Assembly: GCA_965219085.1 (NCBI GenBank)
Contig: OZ244720.1
Coordinates: forward strand, 1,184,001 to 1,248,000
Length of the DNA stretch: 64,000 bases
Direction: 5' to 3'
DNA from: Dehalococcoidia bacterium
Lineage (GTDB): Bacteria > Chloroflexota > Dehalococcoidia > UBA2979
Below are positions 26,474-37,069 of the stretch, in pieces. Positions within the stretch are counted from its first letter, which is position 1. The number at the start of each line of letters is the position of its first letter. Below the pieces are notes generated by a model that had not been told where the DNA came from, ran no database searches, and saw only the letters and a list, made by a program, of their open reading frames with translations. A program made the position numbers and the translations under genes.

Positions 26474-28227
26474 TCACTCTGGGAAGTCCTCAAGCAGTTC
26501 AAATGCCGGTCGAGCTGCATCAGTTCCGAGAAGGGCCAAGTTCAGCTCCGCTCGGGCAGTCAGTTCGAGTGGGCTCGTACCTTCGACAAACCAGGCATGG
26601 GCCAGTCGATCTAGGCCAGCTCCCACGAGGGGCGGTGCGGTTCGCAGTGCAGCTGCCCGCCCTTCACCAGAGACGCGGCCGCCGTGCAGAATGAGGTTGC
26701 GTTGTCGATACAGACGATTCAACGCCCCCGCGAGATAGGACCGTATTCGGCTGAGGGTTCCTCTGGGATCGTGCAGTACCTGGGTCATGCGATAGTACGC
26801 CGCGTCGTCAACTGGCCCGCGGCCATGTAGAGACGCCCCTCCCAGTATTGCCTCGGCAACAAGCCGGGCACGCCCCAGATTGTCCGCCTCTTCAGAAAGC
26901 CTGCGGGCAAGGTTATCTGACGCGCCGTTCTGGTGTTGGTAGGCAAGCGTTGTCAGTTCCGCTCGCGAGAAGGAACACGTGACGACGGAAGCGAGTCGGG
27001 CAGCAACAATACCTCTCGCCTCCCGAGGCGCCGTGAGGAGGGACTCGACTGCGGCCCAACCTCCGCTGATAGCAGCGGCGCGGGGGCCACTTGCGAGCGG
27101 CTGCGCGAGTTGAAGTGCGTCATCAAGCCTGAGTGCGGTCTCGTTGTCGTCGAGGGGAGCGTACAGCCGCGTCTCCCGTTCTAGAGCGCCGATTTCGATC
27201 TGACGACGCTCGTCGGCGAATGGGATTCCTCTAGCAGGCTGCTGAAAAAGTCTTCCCGGGCGGTCTCGGCCCTGAATCGGCTGATTGCGGCTCACGCGAA
27301 ACCCTTTGTTTTCAAGGGGTTCTTGTAGCTCCGCAGTGCTCCAAGCGCTCCGTTTCCGCGCCTTCACGGGTTTTTCAGCAGCCTGCTAGACACACCGTCC
27401 ACCCATGCAGTTCCGCTCGGGGCCAGCCTCTGCGGCGTTGCCAGTTCGACTCGCGCCGCCCAACGGTCGAAAGCCTCCCGCGCTTGCTCGACCGCAGCAT
27501 AGGGATCACGGGCCGTGACGTTGATAGCGAAGCCACCGTTATGGCGCACGCCGCTCGTATTTCCCACGATACGGGTCAACGACTTCGACATATCGATCGC
27601 AGAGAGCCATCCGGCAGGAGGGTCCTCCGCCGATATGCGTGGGACGGAGAGACATGGAACGAAGACCTCGAAGCTGCGAGGCGGTCGCCGAGCGAGGTCC
27701 GCAGCGGCCTCTTCAAGGATTTCGGAAAGAGTCACCGGACTGGATCGGGGGCTCATCCTGTATTGGAGCCACCGATGGAGATACGTCGCAGCAAATCCGG
27801 CCTCCAACAGGTGGCTCGCGACGTAGCGCGCCGCTCGCTCTTGGGTCTGTTGTTCGCTCCCTCTAGCAAAGGCAGCCCAGCGCTGAAGGTAAGCGTCCTC
27901 GATTCGCTCAGCGATCTCAAGGAGTTCATGCCACTCAACACGGCCCGCAGTGAGATCACCGCGCAGAAGGCGCTGTAGTACGCGACGCGTCTCCGAATCG
28001 CCAACCCCTGGATCAGGGCCGACGAGCTGCGCGACCTCGGACTGCAAGCGCTTCAGCGATTCCTCGGACAAGACGGACTCGGACACCGCCGTCGAGGCCT
28101 CTGCGACTTCTCTGAGAGCCGACACGGTCCCAACATTCCAGAGGTGTCGTTGCCAAGGGGTGTATTCTCCCCTGAACTCCTGAAGGCGAGCCGCAACCGC
28201 GATCGTGGCCTGCGTGTCTTGAAGCAC
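26474..28227 (-). pseudogene. HEPN-domain (Apea-like) protein, 532 aa, interrupted by a MITE
   Basis: Removing 27235-27389 (155 nt) joins the ORFs in frame (DGVS-RGIPFAD); C-terminal WAAVESLL and LYRQRNLILHGG (RxxxxH); lower GC than neighbours. Confidence 0.8.
27235..27385. mobile_element. MITE, 151 bp, IS5-type ends
   Basis: Perfect 15-bp IR CAGGCTGCTGAAAAA/TTTTTCAGCAGCCTG; CTAG duplicated at 27231-34 and 27386-89. Confidence 0.93.
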
Positions 28228-28561
28228 CTTGCTTTTGCTACACGGTCCCGAGATAATGAACTTGCAGATTCGCGAAACAGAGGGAGTCGCCCTTCGGGGC
28301 CGCTCCCTCTTTCTTTGCGTTTGTCACCGGCGCACGCGCCCATATTGTTCGTTTCCGGGCTGATGTCGCCTCGCACGGCCCGTTCGCGACGTCGCGGAGC
28401 GGACGATACCCAACCACCATGAGTAGCCACCCAGCCAGTGGTCAAGGTCGCGGCTGGCGCCCGGCGTTGCCCCGCCGGCCGCAGTCTGTCTCCATTGCCG
28501 CGCCCGCCGCGCGGGCGCTACGGTCGCCACGCGAACGAACACGCACGGCAGGAGGGCTGCG

Positions 28562-29284
28562 ATGGCTGGACGGTTCGAGGGCAAGGTGGCGATCGTGACC
28601 GGCGGGGCGTCGGGCATCGGCCGCGCCACCGCGTCGCGGCTCGCCTCGGAGGGGGCGAGCGTGCTCGTGGCCGACCGTGACGAGTCGATGGGCGCCGAAA
28701 CCGTCGGGCTCATCGAGGCCGCGGGCGGGGTGGCGAGCTTCGAGCGGGTGGACGTGCGCAGCGAGGACTCGGTGGCCGCGATGGTCGCGACCGCGGTCGA
28801 GCGCTACGGCGGGCTCGACGTGGCGCACAACAACGCCGGCGTCGTCGACAGCCTCATGCGCATCACGGAGATGGGCGCGGACCGCTGGGACCGCATGATC
28901 GCGACGAACCTGAGCAGCGTCTTCTACTGCCTCAAGCACGAGATCCCGGCGATGCTTGAGCGGGGCGGCGGCGCGATCGTGAACACCTCGTCGGGCGCGG
29001 GGCTGCACGGCGGGGCGGGACTGGCGCACTACAGCGCGGCGAAGCACGGCGTCATCGGCCTCACGCGCTCGGCCTCTGACGAGTACGCGCGCGAGGGCAT
29101 CCGCGTGAACGCGGTATGCCCGGGCCTGGTCGACACGCCGCTGGTGCAAGGCAGCGTCTTCGACGTGGACTTCAAGGCCGACCCCCCGCAGATCGCGGAG
29201 GTGGTCGCGTGGCTGCTGTCGGAAGACTCCTCGTGGGTCTCGGGTCAGCCGATCGAGGTCAACGGGGGCGGCCGCGGCGGCTGA
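28562..29284 (+). CDS. Short-chain dehydrogenase/reductase
   Basis: TGGASGIG, NNAG, S, YSAAK, NAVCPG. Confidence 0.95.
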   Translation: MAGRFEGKVAIVTGGASGIGRATASRLASEGASVLVADRDESMGAETVGLIEAAGGVASFERVDVRSEDSVAAMVATAVERYGGLDVAHNNAGVVDSLMRITEMGADRWDRMIATNLSSVFYCLKHEIPAMLERGGGAIVNTSSGAGLHGGAGLAHYSAAKHGVIGLTRSASDEYAREGIRVNAVCPGLVDTPLVQGSVFDVDFKADPPQIAEVVAWLLSEDSSWVSGQPIEVNGGGRGG

Positions 29285-29443
29285 GGCGACGCGGCGGTTC
29301 CTCCCGGCAAGGCCTTGCGGAGCCGTGTATGCTCCGCGACAACCGCCGTTGTACCTGGTTCCGGCGGCAACCATCCCGCCTGGCGCTGACTCCGGGCGAC
29401 GCGACAGCGGGCCCGCACGCAGTGGCCCGGGAGGGACTTCCCT

Positions 29444-31321
29444 ATGAGCGAGCACGACCCGGAGCGCTGGTGGGCGCCTGCAGTCAGCAGACGAACACTA
29501 TTGCGAGGCGGCCTGCTCGGCGGAGTGGGCCTTGCCGCGGCCGCCCTCATCGGCTGCGGCGGCGATGACGACGACGATGACGACGACGGCGCGACCACTG
29601 CTACCACGAGCAGTGGCGGCTCCACGACCACGACCACCACGACGCAGACCACGACCAGCAGCGACTCGGACGACGGCGACGATGCCGCGACGGACGACGA
29701 CGGCGGCGATGAGCCTGCCGGCGAGGGCATGTACGTCAAGGACCCGGATCTGCCTTACCCGTACCAGTTCCCGGAGCCGGCCGGCCTGACGCCCAAGCCC
29801 GGCGGCATCATGCGCATAGCCGCGACGTGGAACGTCGCCACGATGGACCCGACGGCATCCGCCGCCGGCGGCACCATCACCGCGCCGAACATGGTCTACA
29901 ACCGCCTGCTCGGCATGGTCGGCGGGCCGCGCAAGAACCCGTTCACCATCGAGCTCGAGCCCGAGCTGGCCTCGTCCTGGGAGCGCACGCCAGACGGTGG
30001 GACGTTCTCGTTCGTGATCCGCGACGACATCAAGTGGCAGAACGTGGCCCCGCTCAGCGGCCGCCAGTTCACCTCCGCGGACGCGAAGTACGCCTTCGAC
30101 CGCTACGCCACGGAGGGCGTGCACAAGTCGTACTGGGCGAACGTCAGCGCCATCGAGACGCCCGACGACACCTCGATGACGTTCCAGATGTCGAAGATCA
30201 CGGCGGACTTCATCCTGCCGCTGGCCAGCCGCTACCAGACGATCTTCCCGCGTGAGCTGGTCGAGAACGGCACGATCAGCGAGCAAGTCGTCGGTACCGG
30301 CCCGATGATCCTCGAGGAAGCCGAGGCGGGCAGCCACGCGATCTTCAAGAAGAACCCCGACTACTTCGAGCGCGAGGTGCTGCTGGACGGCGTCGAGTTC
30401 CGGCTCCGCCAGGACTACACGGCCCGGCTCGCCGGCTTCCGCGTCGGCCAGTTCGACTATGTCTACGGGCTGGCGCCGAACATCGTGCAGCTGGGGAAGA
30501 TCCTCGAGACCAACCCCGACATCCAGATCAACTTCACGCCGGTGGTGAACGGCACCACGCCCTTCGGGATGAACCTCTCCAACCCGAAGTTCGCGGACGA
30601 ACGCGTGCGGCAGGCAATCACGCTCGGGATCGACACGGCGTTGATCGCCGAACTGCTCTACGACAACGTCTCGAAGACGCTGCCGCTGCAGCCGTGGACG
30701 CTCGTCCTCGACGAGGAGCCGACGGTCGAGAACGGCAACCTCGGCCCCTTCGCGGGGCGCTACGACCCCGACGAGGCGCTGAAGCTGCTCAAGGCCGCGG
30801 GCGCCGAGGGGTTGGAGTTTGAGAACTTCTACCACAACTACTCGAACCCCGGTTCGGACCAGCGCGCCGAGATCATCGCCGAGAACCTGCAGAAGATCGG
30901 CGTGAAGATGGACCAGCACCACGTCGACTACACCGAGTTCAACTCGACCTGGGTGCCCGGCAAGCTGGAGGAGGGCTGCACGAGCTGCTGGCTCACCGTC
31001 GGCTTCGACGCGGACAACTTCTTCTACAACTCGGTGCACTCCGAATCGCCTGGCAACCGCTGGCGGCTCAACGACCCGCAGGTCGACGCCTGGGCGGAGC
31101 AGCAGCAGGTCGAGCTGGACCCGGACGCCCGGAAGGAGATCCACAGCACGATGTGGGACTACTTCCTGGAGAAGATGTACTGGCCGCCGCAGCCCGCCGC
31201 GATTTCGCTTGAGGTTTACCAGCCGTGGGTGCGGGGCATCCGCTTCGGCGGGGTGTTCCTCACGAACATCTCGTACTACGACTGGGGCGACCAGATCGCG
31301 GGGGCCTGGCTCAACAAGTAG
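29444..31321 (+). CDS. Tat-lipoprotein family-5 SBP, array copy 1
   Basis: SRRTLL twin-Arg, LIGC lipobox, D/S/T linker, PELASSWE, GTGP, NPDY, RVRQA. Confidence 0.92.
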   Translation: MSEHDPERWWAPAVSRRTLLRGGLLGGVGLAAAALIGCGGDDDDDDDDGATTATTSSGGSTTTTTTTQTTTSSDSDDGDDAATDDDGGDEPAGEGMYVKDPDLPYPYQFPEPAGLTPKPGGIMRIAATWNVATMDPTASAAGGTITAPNMVYNRLLGMVGGPRKNPFTIELEPELASSWERTPDGGTFSFVIRDDIKWQNVAPLSGRQFTSADAKYAFDRYATEGVHKSYWANVSAIETPDDTSMTFQMSKITADFILPLASRYQTIFPRELVENGTISEQVVGTGPMILEEAEAGSHAIFKKNPDYFEREVLLDGVEFRLRQDYTARLAGFRVGQFDYVYGLAPNIVQLGKILETNPDIQINFTPVVNGTTPFGMNLSNPKFADERVRQAITLGIDTALIAELLYDNVSKTLPLQPWTLVLDEEPTVENGNLGPFAGRYDPDEALKLLKAAGAEGLEFENFYHNYSNPGSDQRAEIIAENLQKIGVKMDQHHVDYTEFNSTWVPGKLEEGCTSCWLTVGFDADNFFYNSVHSESPGNRWRLNDPQVDAWAEQQQVELDPDARKEIHSTMWDYFLEKMYWPPQPAAISLEVYQPWVRGIRFGGVFLTNISYYDWGDQIAGAWLNK

Positions 31322-31340
31322 CAGGCACACCTCGGCACGC

Positions 31341-31446
31341 GAGCGGGCGGGCGGCTTCCGGGCCGCCCGCTCCGCGTCCACCGGAGGCCGCGCGAGAGAT
31401 CCATTCGGGTGTCGGGTGCGTATCCCCATTGCGGGGCATGTATGAT
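31341..31446 (+). promoter_or_regulatory. Inter-SBP module: GC hairpin + CGTAT-N17-TATGAT promoter
   Basis: Hairpin 31341-72; -10 TATGAT 31441-46. Confidence 0.7.
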
Positions 31447-31508
31447 GCGCCGCACGGCGTGCGCGATTCATCCCGTGCCGCGCACGCGCGAAAGATGGAG
31501 AGGGACCC

Positions 31509-33413
31509 ATGACCGATACCGAGCGTTTCGATCGCTGGTTCTCGCCTGCGGTGAGCAGGAGGACCTTACTGCGAGGCGGCCTGCTTGGCGGAGTGGGCCT
31601 CGCCGCGGCGGCACTCATCGGCTGCGGCGGCGACGACGATGATGACGACGACACCACCACCGCCACCACCAGCGGCAGCTCCACCACCACCACCACGAGC
31701 AGCAGCAGCTCCTCCAGTAGCAGTGACTCATCCGACAGCTCGTCGGCGAGCGATGACAGCGCCGATGACTCCTCGGACGACTCGGCATCCGACGACAGCG
31801 CGGCGGAGCCGGTCGGTGAGGGGATGCTGGTCCAGGATCCGGACCTGCCGTTCCCGTACCAGTTCCCGGAGCCCGCGGGCCTGACGCCCAAGGCGGGCGG
31901 CGTCATGCGCGTCGCGGCGACGTGGGACGTCGGGTCGATGGACCCGATCGTCTCGGCCGCCGGCGGCAGCATCACCGTGCCGAACATGGTCTACAACAAG
32001 CTGCTCGGCATGGTCGGCGGGCCGGCCAAGAACCCGTTCACCATCGAGCTCAAGCCGGAACTCGCATCCTCGTGGGAGCGCACCCCGGACGGCCAGGTCT
32101 TCTCGTTCCAGCTACGCGACGACGTCAAGTGGCACAACGTCGCGCCGTTGAACGGCCGCGCGCTCACGGCCGCCGACATCAAGTTCGCCTACGACCGCTA
32201 CAAGGGTGACGGCGTACACCAGTCGTACTGGACCAACATCGGATCCATCGACGCGATCGACGACACCAACCTCACGATCACCATGTCGAAGGTCACGGCC
32301 GACTTCATCCTGCCGCTGGCCAGCCGCTACCAGACGATCTTCCCCAGGGAACTCGTCGACGAGGGCACGATCGACCAGAAGGTGATCGGCACCGGCGCGA
32401 TGATCCTCGACGAGGCCGCGCAGGGCAGCCACGCCACCTTCAACAAGAACCCCGACTACTGGGAGAGCGAGGTGCTGCTGGACGGCGTCGAGTTCCGGCT
32501 CCGCCAGGACTACTCGGCCCGTCTCGCCGGCTTCCGCGTCGGGCAGTTCGACTTCTGCTACGGGCTGGTGCCTGACATTCGGGCGATGGAAGCACTGCTC
32601 AAGACGAACCCGGACGTACAGGTGAACTTCAACACCAACGTGCGCGGCAGCCCGTTCGGCATGAACCTCTCGAACCCGAAGTTCGCCGACGAGCGGGTGC
32701 GGCAGGCGATCACGCTCGCGCTCGACACGGACTTCATGACCGACGTGCAGTACGACGGCCTGGCGAAGTCGAACGCGCTGCACGTGTGGACGTTCGCCTT
32801 CGACGAGGAGCCCACGGTCGAGAGCGGCGAGTTCGGCCCGTGGGCCGGTCGCCACGATGTGGCCGAGGCAAAGAAGCTGATCGCGGCTGCGGGCGCCGAG
32901 AGCCTGGAGTTCGAGAACTTCTACCACAACTACGGATCGCCGACGACGGACCAGCGCTCCGACATCATCAAGGAGCAGCTGGCGGAGGTCGGGATCAACA
33001 TGATCCCGCGGCACGTCGACTACACCGAGTTCAACTCGACGTGGGTGCCCGGCAAGCTGAAGGAGGCGAGCAGCACGGGGTGGGCCACGGTCGGCTTCGA
33101 CGCCGACAACTACTTCTACGGCGTGATCCACTCGCAGTCGTCGGGGAACCGCTGGCGGCTCAACGACCCGCACGTGGACGCCCTGGCGGAGGCCCAGCAG
33201 GTGGAGCTCGACCCGGACGCGCGGAGGGACATCCACCGCGAGATCTGGGACTACATGATGGACAAGATGTACCACCCGCCGATGCCGACCCAGTTCAGCT
33301 TCGAGGTCTACCAGCCGTGGCTGCGCGGCATCCGCTTCGGCGGCGTCATGTACTCCAACGGCTCGTACTACGACTGGGGCCACCAGGCCGCGACTGCCTG
33401 GCTCAACAAGTAG
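31509..33413 (+). CDS. Tat-lipoprotein family-5 SBP, array copy 2
   Basis: Paralog of copy 1, same motifs. Confidence 0.92.
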   Translation: MTDTERFDRWFSPAVSRRTLLRGGLLGGVGLAAAALIGCGGDDDDDDDTTTATTSGSSTTTTTSSSSSSSSSDSSDSSSASDDSADDSSDDSASDDSAAEPVGEGMLVQDPDLPFPYQFPEPAGLTPKAGGVMRVAATWDVGSMDPIVSAAGGSITVPNMVYNKLLGMVGGPAKNPFTIELKPELASSWERTPDGQVFSFQLRDDVKWHNVAPLNGRALTAADIKFAYDRYKGDGVHQSYWTNIGSIDAIDDTNLTITMSKVTADFILPLASRYQTIFPRELVDEGTIDQKVIGTGAMILDEAAQGSHATFNKNPDYWESEVLLDGVEFRLRQDYSARLAGFRVGQFDFCYGLVPDIRAMEALLKTNPDVQVNFNTNVRGSPFGMNLSNPKFADERVRQAITLALDTDFMTDVQYDGLAKSNALHVWTFAFDEEPTVESGEFGPWAGRHDVAEAKKLIAAAGAESLEFENFYHNYGSPTTDQRSDIIKEQLAEVGINMIPRHVDYTEFNSTWVPGKLKEASSTGWATVGFDADNYFYGVIHSQSSGNRWRLNDPHVDALAEAQQVELDPDARRDIHREIWDYMMDKMYHPPMPTQFSFEVYQPWLRGIRFGGVMYSNGSYYDWGHQAATAWLNK

Positions 33414-33456
33414 CAAGTACCCCTCGGTACAACACCCCTCGGTTTGGGGGGACTGG

Positions 33457-33588
33457 GCGGGCGGCCTTCGGGCCGCCCGCTGCACGTCCGGGCGCCGCGC
33501 TCCCGCGCGGCTACATCCACCCTCGCGCTCATCCCGTGAATCCACGCACAACAGGGATTGCGTATCGTCTGTAGGGGCCATGTATGAT
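33457..33588 (+). promoter_or_regulatory. Inter-SBP module
   Basis: GCGGGCGGCC-TTCG-GGCCGCCCGC 33457-80; TATGAT 33583-88. Confidence 0.7.
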
Positions 33589-33647
33589 GCCTCGCGTGGC
33601 GCGTACGTGACCTGCGGCACGAGCATGAGGGGAACTGGAGCACAACC

Positions 33648-35540
33648 ATGACTGAACCCGAGAGCACCCGAAATCTGTGGTCGCTGGAACTGAACCGGCG
33701 CACCCTCCTGCGAGGAGGTGTCCTGGGCGGGGCGGGCCTTGCCGCCGCGGCGCTCATCGGTTGTGGCGGCGACGACGATGACGACGACGACGATGGCGGC
33801 GCCACCGCCACCACCAGCGGCAGCTCCAGCACCACCACCACGACCACGAGCAGCACGACCGCCAGCTCGTCGAGCGACGACAGCTCCGACGACTCCTCGG
33901 ACGACTCGTCGACCGACGAGGGCGACGCGGAGGAGGCCGTGGGCGAGGGGATGCTGGTCCAGGATCCGGACCTGCCGTTCCCGTACCAGTTCCCGGAGCC
34001 GCCGGGCCTGACGCCGAAGGCCGGGGGGATCCTGCGAGTCGCGGCGACGTGGGACGTCGGGTCGATGGACCCGACCGTGTCCGCCGCCGGCGGCACCATC
34101 ACCGTGCCGAACATGGTCTACAACAAGCTCCTCGGTATGGTCGGGGGGCCCGCGAAGGACCCGTTCAGCATCGAGATCAAGCCGGAAATCGCCTCGGCAT
34201 GGGAGCGCACACCGGACGGGACCACCTTCTCGTTCCAGCTGCGCGACGACGTGAAGTGGCAGAACGTCGCGCCGCTGAACGGTCGGCCGCTGGTCGCCGA
34301 GGACGTCAGGTTCGCCTTCGACCTCTACTCGCAAGAGGGGGTGCACCAGTCGTACTGGACCAACATCGGGTCCATCGACGCGGTTGACGACTACAACCTC
34401 ACGATCACGATGTCGAAGGTCACGGCCGACTTCATCCTGCCGCTGGCTAGCCGCTACCAGCTGATCTTCCCGAAGGAGCTCGTCGACGAGGGCACGATCG
34501 ACCAGAAGGTGATCGGGACCGGCGCGATGATCCTCGATGAGGCCGCGCAGGGCAGCCACGCGACGTTCAACAAGAACCCCGACTACTGGGAGGGCGAGAT
34601 CTTCCTCGACGGCGTCGAGTTCCGGCTCCGCCAGGACTACGCCGCCCGCCTCGCGGGGTTCCGAGTCGGCCAGTTCGACTACTGCTACGGGCTGGTGCCG
34701 GACATCCGGGCGATGGAAGCACTGATCGGGACGAACCCGGACGTACAGGTGAACTTCAACACCAACGTACGCGGAAACCCGTTCGGCCTGAACCTCTCGA
34801 ACCCGAAGTTCGCCGACGACCGTGTGCGGCAGGCGATTAGCCTTGCCCTCGACACGGAGTTCATGGAGGACGTGCAGTACGACGGCCTGGCGAAGTCGAA
34901 CGCGCTCCAGGTGTGGACATTCGTCTTCGACGAAGAGCCCACCGTCGCGAACGGCGACTACGGGCGGTGGCACGGCCGCCACGACGTGGCAGAGGCGAAG
35001 AAGTTGGTGGCCGCCGCGGGCGCCGAAGGGCTCGAGTTCGACAACTTCTACCACAACTACGGCTCACCCGGCGGAGACCAGCGCTCCGACATCGTGAAGG
35101 AGCAGCTGGCAGCCGTCGGGATCGAGATGACCCCGCGGCACGTCGACTACACCGAGTTCAACTCGACGTGGGTGCCGGGCAAGCTGGAAGAAGCGAGCAC
35201 ATCGGCGTGGGCCACCGTGGGCTTCGACGCCGACAACTACTTCTACAGCGTGCTCCACTCGCAGTCGTCGGGGAACCGCTGGCAGCTCAACGACCCGCAG
35301 GTGGACGTGCTGGCGGAAGCTCAGCAGGTCGAGCTGGACCCGGACGCGCGGCGAGACATCCTCCGCGAGATCTGGGACTACAACATGGACAAGGCGTACC
35401 ACCCGCCGCTGCCCACCCAGTTCAGCTTCGAGGTGTACCAGCCGTGGGTGCGCGGTCTCCGCTTCGGCGGGGTCATGTACTCCAACGGCTCGTACTACGA
35501 CTGGGGCCACCAGATGGGGACGGCCTGGCTCAACAAGTAG
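33648..35540 (+). CDS. Tat-lipoprotein family-5 SBP, array copy 3
   Basis: Closest to copy 2. Confidence 0.92.
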   Translation: MTEPESTRNLWSLELNRRTLLRGGVLGGAGLAAAALIGCGGDDDDDDDDGGATATTSGSSSTTTTTTSSTTASSSSDDSSDDSSDDSSTDEGDAEEAVGEGMLVQDPDLPFPYQFPEPPGLTPKAGGILRVAATWDVGSMDPTVSAAGGTITVPNMVYNKLLGMVGGPAKDPFSIEIKPEIASAWERTPDGTTFSFQLRDDVKWQNVAPLNGRPLVAEDVRFAFDLYSQEGVHQSYWTNIGSIDAVDDYNLTITMSKVTADFILPLASRYQLIFPKELVDEGTIDQKVIGTGAMILDEAAQGSHATFNKNPDYWEGEIFLDGVEFRLRQDYAARLAGFRVGQFDYCYGLVPDIRAMEALIGTNPDVQVNFNTNVRGNPFGLNLSNPKFADDRVRQAISLALDTEFMEDVQYDGLAKSNALQVWTFVFDEEPTVANGDYGRWHGRHDVAEAKKLVAAAGAEGLEFDNFYHNYGSPGGDQRSDIVKEQLAAVGIEMTPRHVDYTEFNSTWVPGKLEEASTSAWATVGFDADNYFYSVLHSQSSGNRWQLNDPQVDVLAEAQQVELDPDARRDILREIWDYNMDKAYHPPLPTQFSFEVYQPWVRGLRFGGVMYSNGSYYDWGHQMGTAWLNK

Positions 35541-35582
35541 CCAGTACCACTCGGGACAACACCCCTCGGTTGGGGGGACTGG

Positions 35583-35712
35583 GCGGGCGGCCTTCGGGCC
35601 GCCCGCTGCGCGTCCGGGGGCCGTGCTCCCGCGCGGCTACATGCACCCCGCGCTCATCCCGTGAATCCACGCACAACACAGATACGTATTGCCTGTAGGG
35701 GCCATGTATGAT
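35583..35712 (+). promoter_or_regulatory. Inter-SBP module
   Basis: Hairpin 35583-606; TATGAT 35707-12; near-identical to the previous spacer. Confidence 0.7.
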
Positions 35713-35771
35713 GCCTCGCGTGGCGCGTACGTGACTTGCGGCACGGGCAGTAGGGGAACCGGAGCACAGCC

Positions 35772-36836
35772 ATGACCGGACCCGAGAGCACCCGAAATCC
35801 GTGGTCGCTGGAGCTGAACCGGCGCACCCTCCTGCGAGGAGGTGTCCTCGGCGGGGCGGGCCTTGCCGCCGCGGCGCTCATCGGTTGTGGCGGCGACGAC
35901 GACGATGACGACGAGAGCGCGAGCACCGCTGCCGACACCAGCGGCAACAGCACCAGCACCGGCGCCACCACGGCCAGTCAGTCGTCGACCACGACGCAGA
36001 GCTCAAGCAGCAGCTCGTCAGACAGCTCTACCGCAAGCACCACGAGCGAAGACACCGAGGAGCAGGTCGAGACGCTCGGGGAGTGGATCAAGGATCCGGA
36101 CCTCCCGTACCCGTTCAACTACCCCGAACCGCCGGGCACGCCCAAGCCGGGTGGCGTCATGAAGGTCGCCACGAGTTGGGACTACCAGACCCTCGACCCG
36201 ATCGCCTCGGCCGCGGGCGGGACGGTGACCGTCCCCAACGTGGTCTACAACCGCCTGCTCGGCATCGTGCGCGGGCCGGCGGCGGACCCGTACCTGCTGG
36301 AACTCGAGCCGGAGCTGGCGCAGTCCTGGGAGCGCTCACCGGACGGGCTGACGTTCACGTTCAACATCACGCCGGGCATCACGTGGCAGAACCTGCCGCC
36401 GCTCAGCGGCCGGGCCTTCACTGCCGAAGACGCACGTTTCGCCATCGAGTTCAACTCGGCCTGGGTACCGAGCAAGCTGCCGGACGTGTCCACCGTCGCG
36501 TGGAGCACCAGCGGCTTCGACGCCGACAACTGGTTCCACGGGCAGATCCACTCGCAGTCGCCCGGTAACCGCTGGCGCATCAACGACCCGCAGCTCGACG
36601 AGTGGGCGGACCAGCAGCAGCTGGAACTGGATCCCGACGCGCGACGCGACATCTAGCAGAAGATCTACGACCGGGACCTGGACATGATGTACCGGCCGGC
36701 CTTCCCCAGCGGGAACTACCCCGAGGTGCTCCAGCCCTGGGTGCGCGGCATCCGTTGGGGCGCCAGCTCGCCGAACGACAACAGCTCCTACTACGACTGG
36801 GGCGACGTCATCCCGTCGGCCTGGCTCGACAAGTAG
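35772..36836 (+). pseudogene. SBP array copy 4: large in-frame internal deletion and premature TAG
   Basis: ARFA joined to IEFNS (about 278 codons missing vs copy 3); TAG 36654-56; the frame continues to YYDWG...WLDK*. Confidence 0.88.
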
Positions 36837-37069
36837 CGAGTCCTTCTCGGGACGCACTCCCTGGTACGGAGTCTGGGCGGGCGGCCTTCGGGCCGCCCGC
36901 CGCTCGTGAGGCGTCGTGCCGACATCGGCCGGCGCTCCGGCATGCATCCAGACGCGCCGGTATCACGTATACGAGTCCTGAGGACATCGACGTCTGCCCG
37001 CGCCAGGCCGCACGGCGATCGCGAGAGGTGTGAGATGGCCGATCACGAGCGCAGCGGACGAGGATTGGG

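Noticed and set aside
23152-36656. Two in-frame TAG codons suggesting pyrrolysine or amber recoding
   Set aside because: TAG is the normal stop of many genes here; both cases are in genes with other lesions; no pyl genes seen
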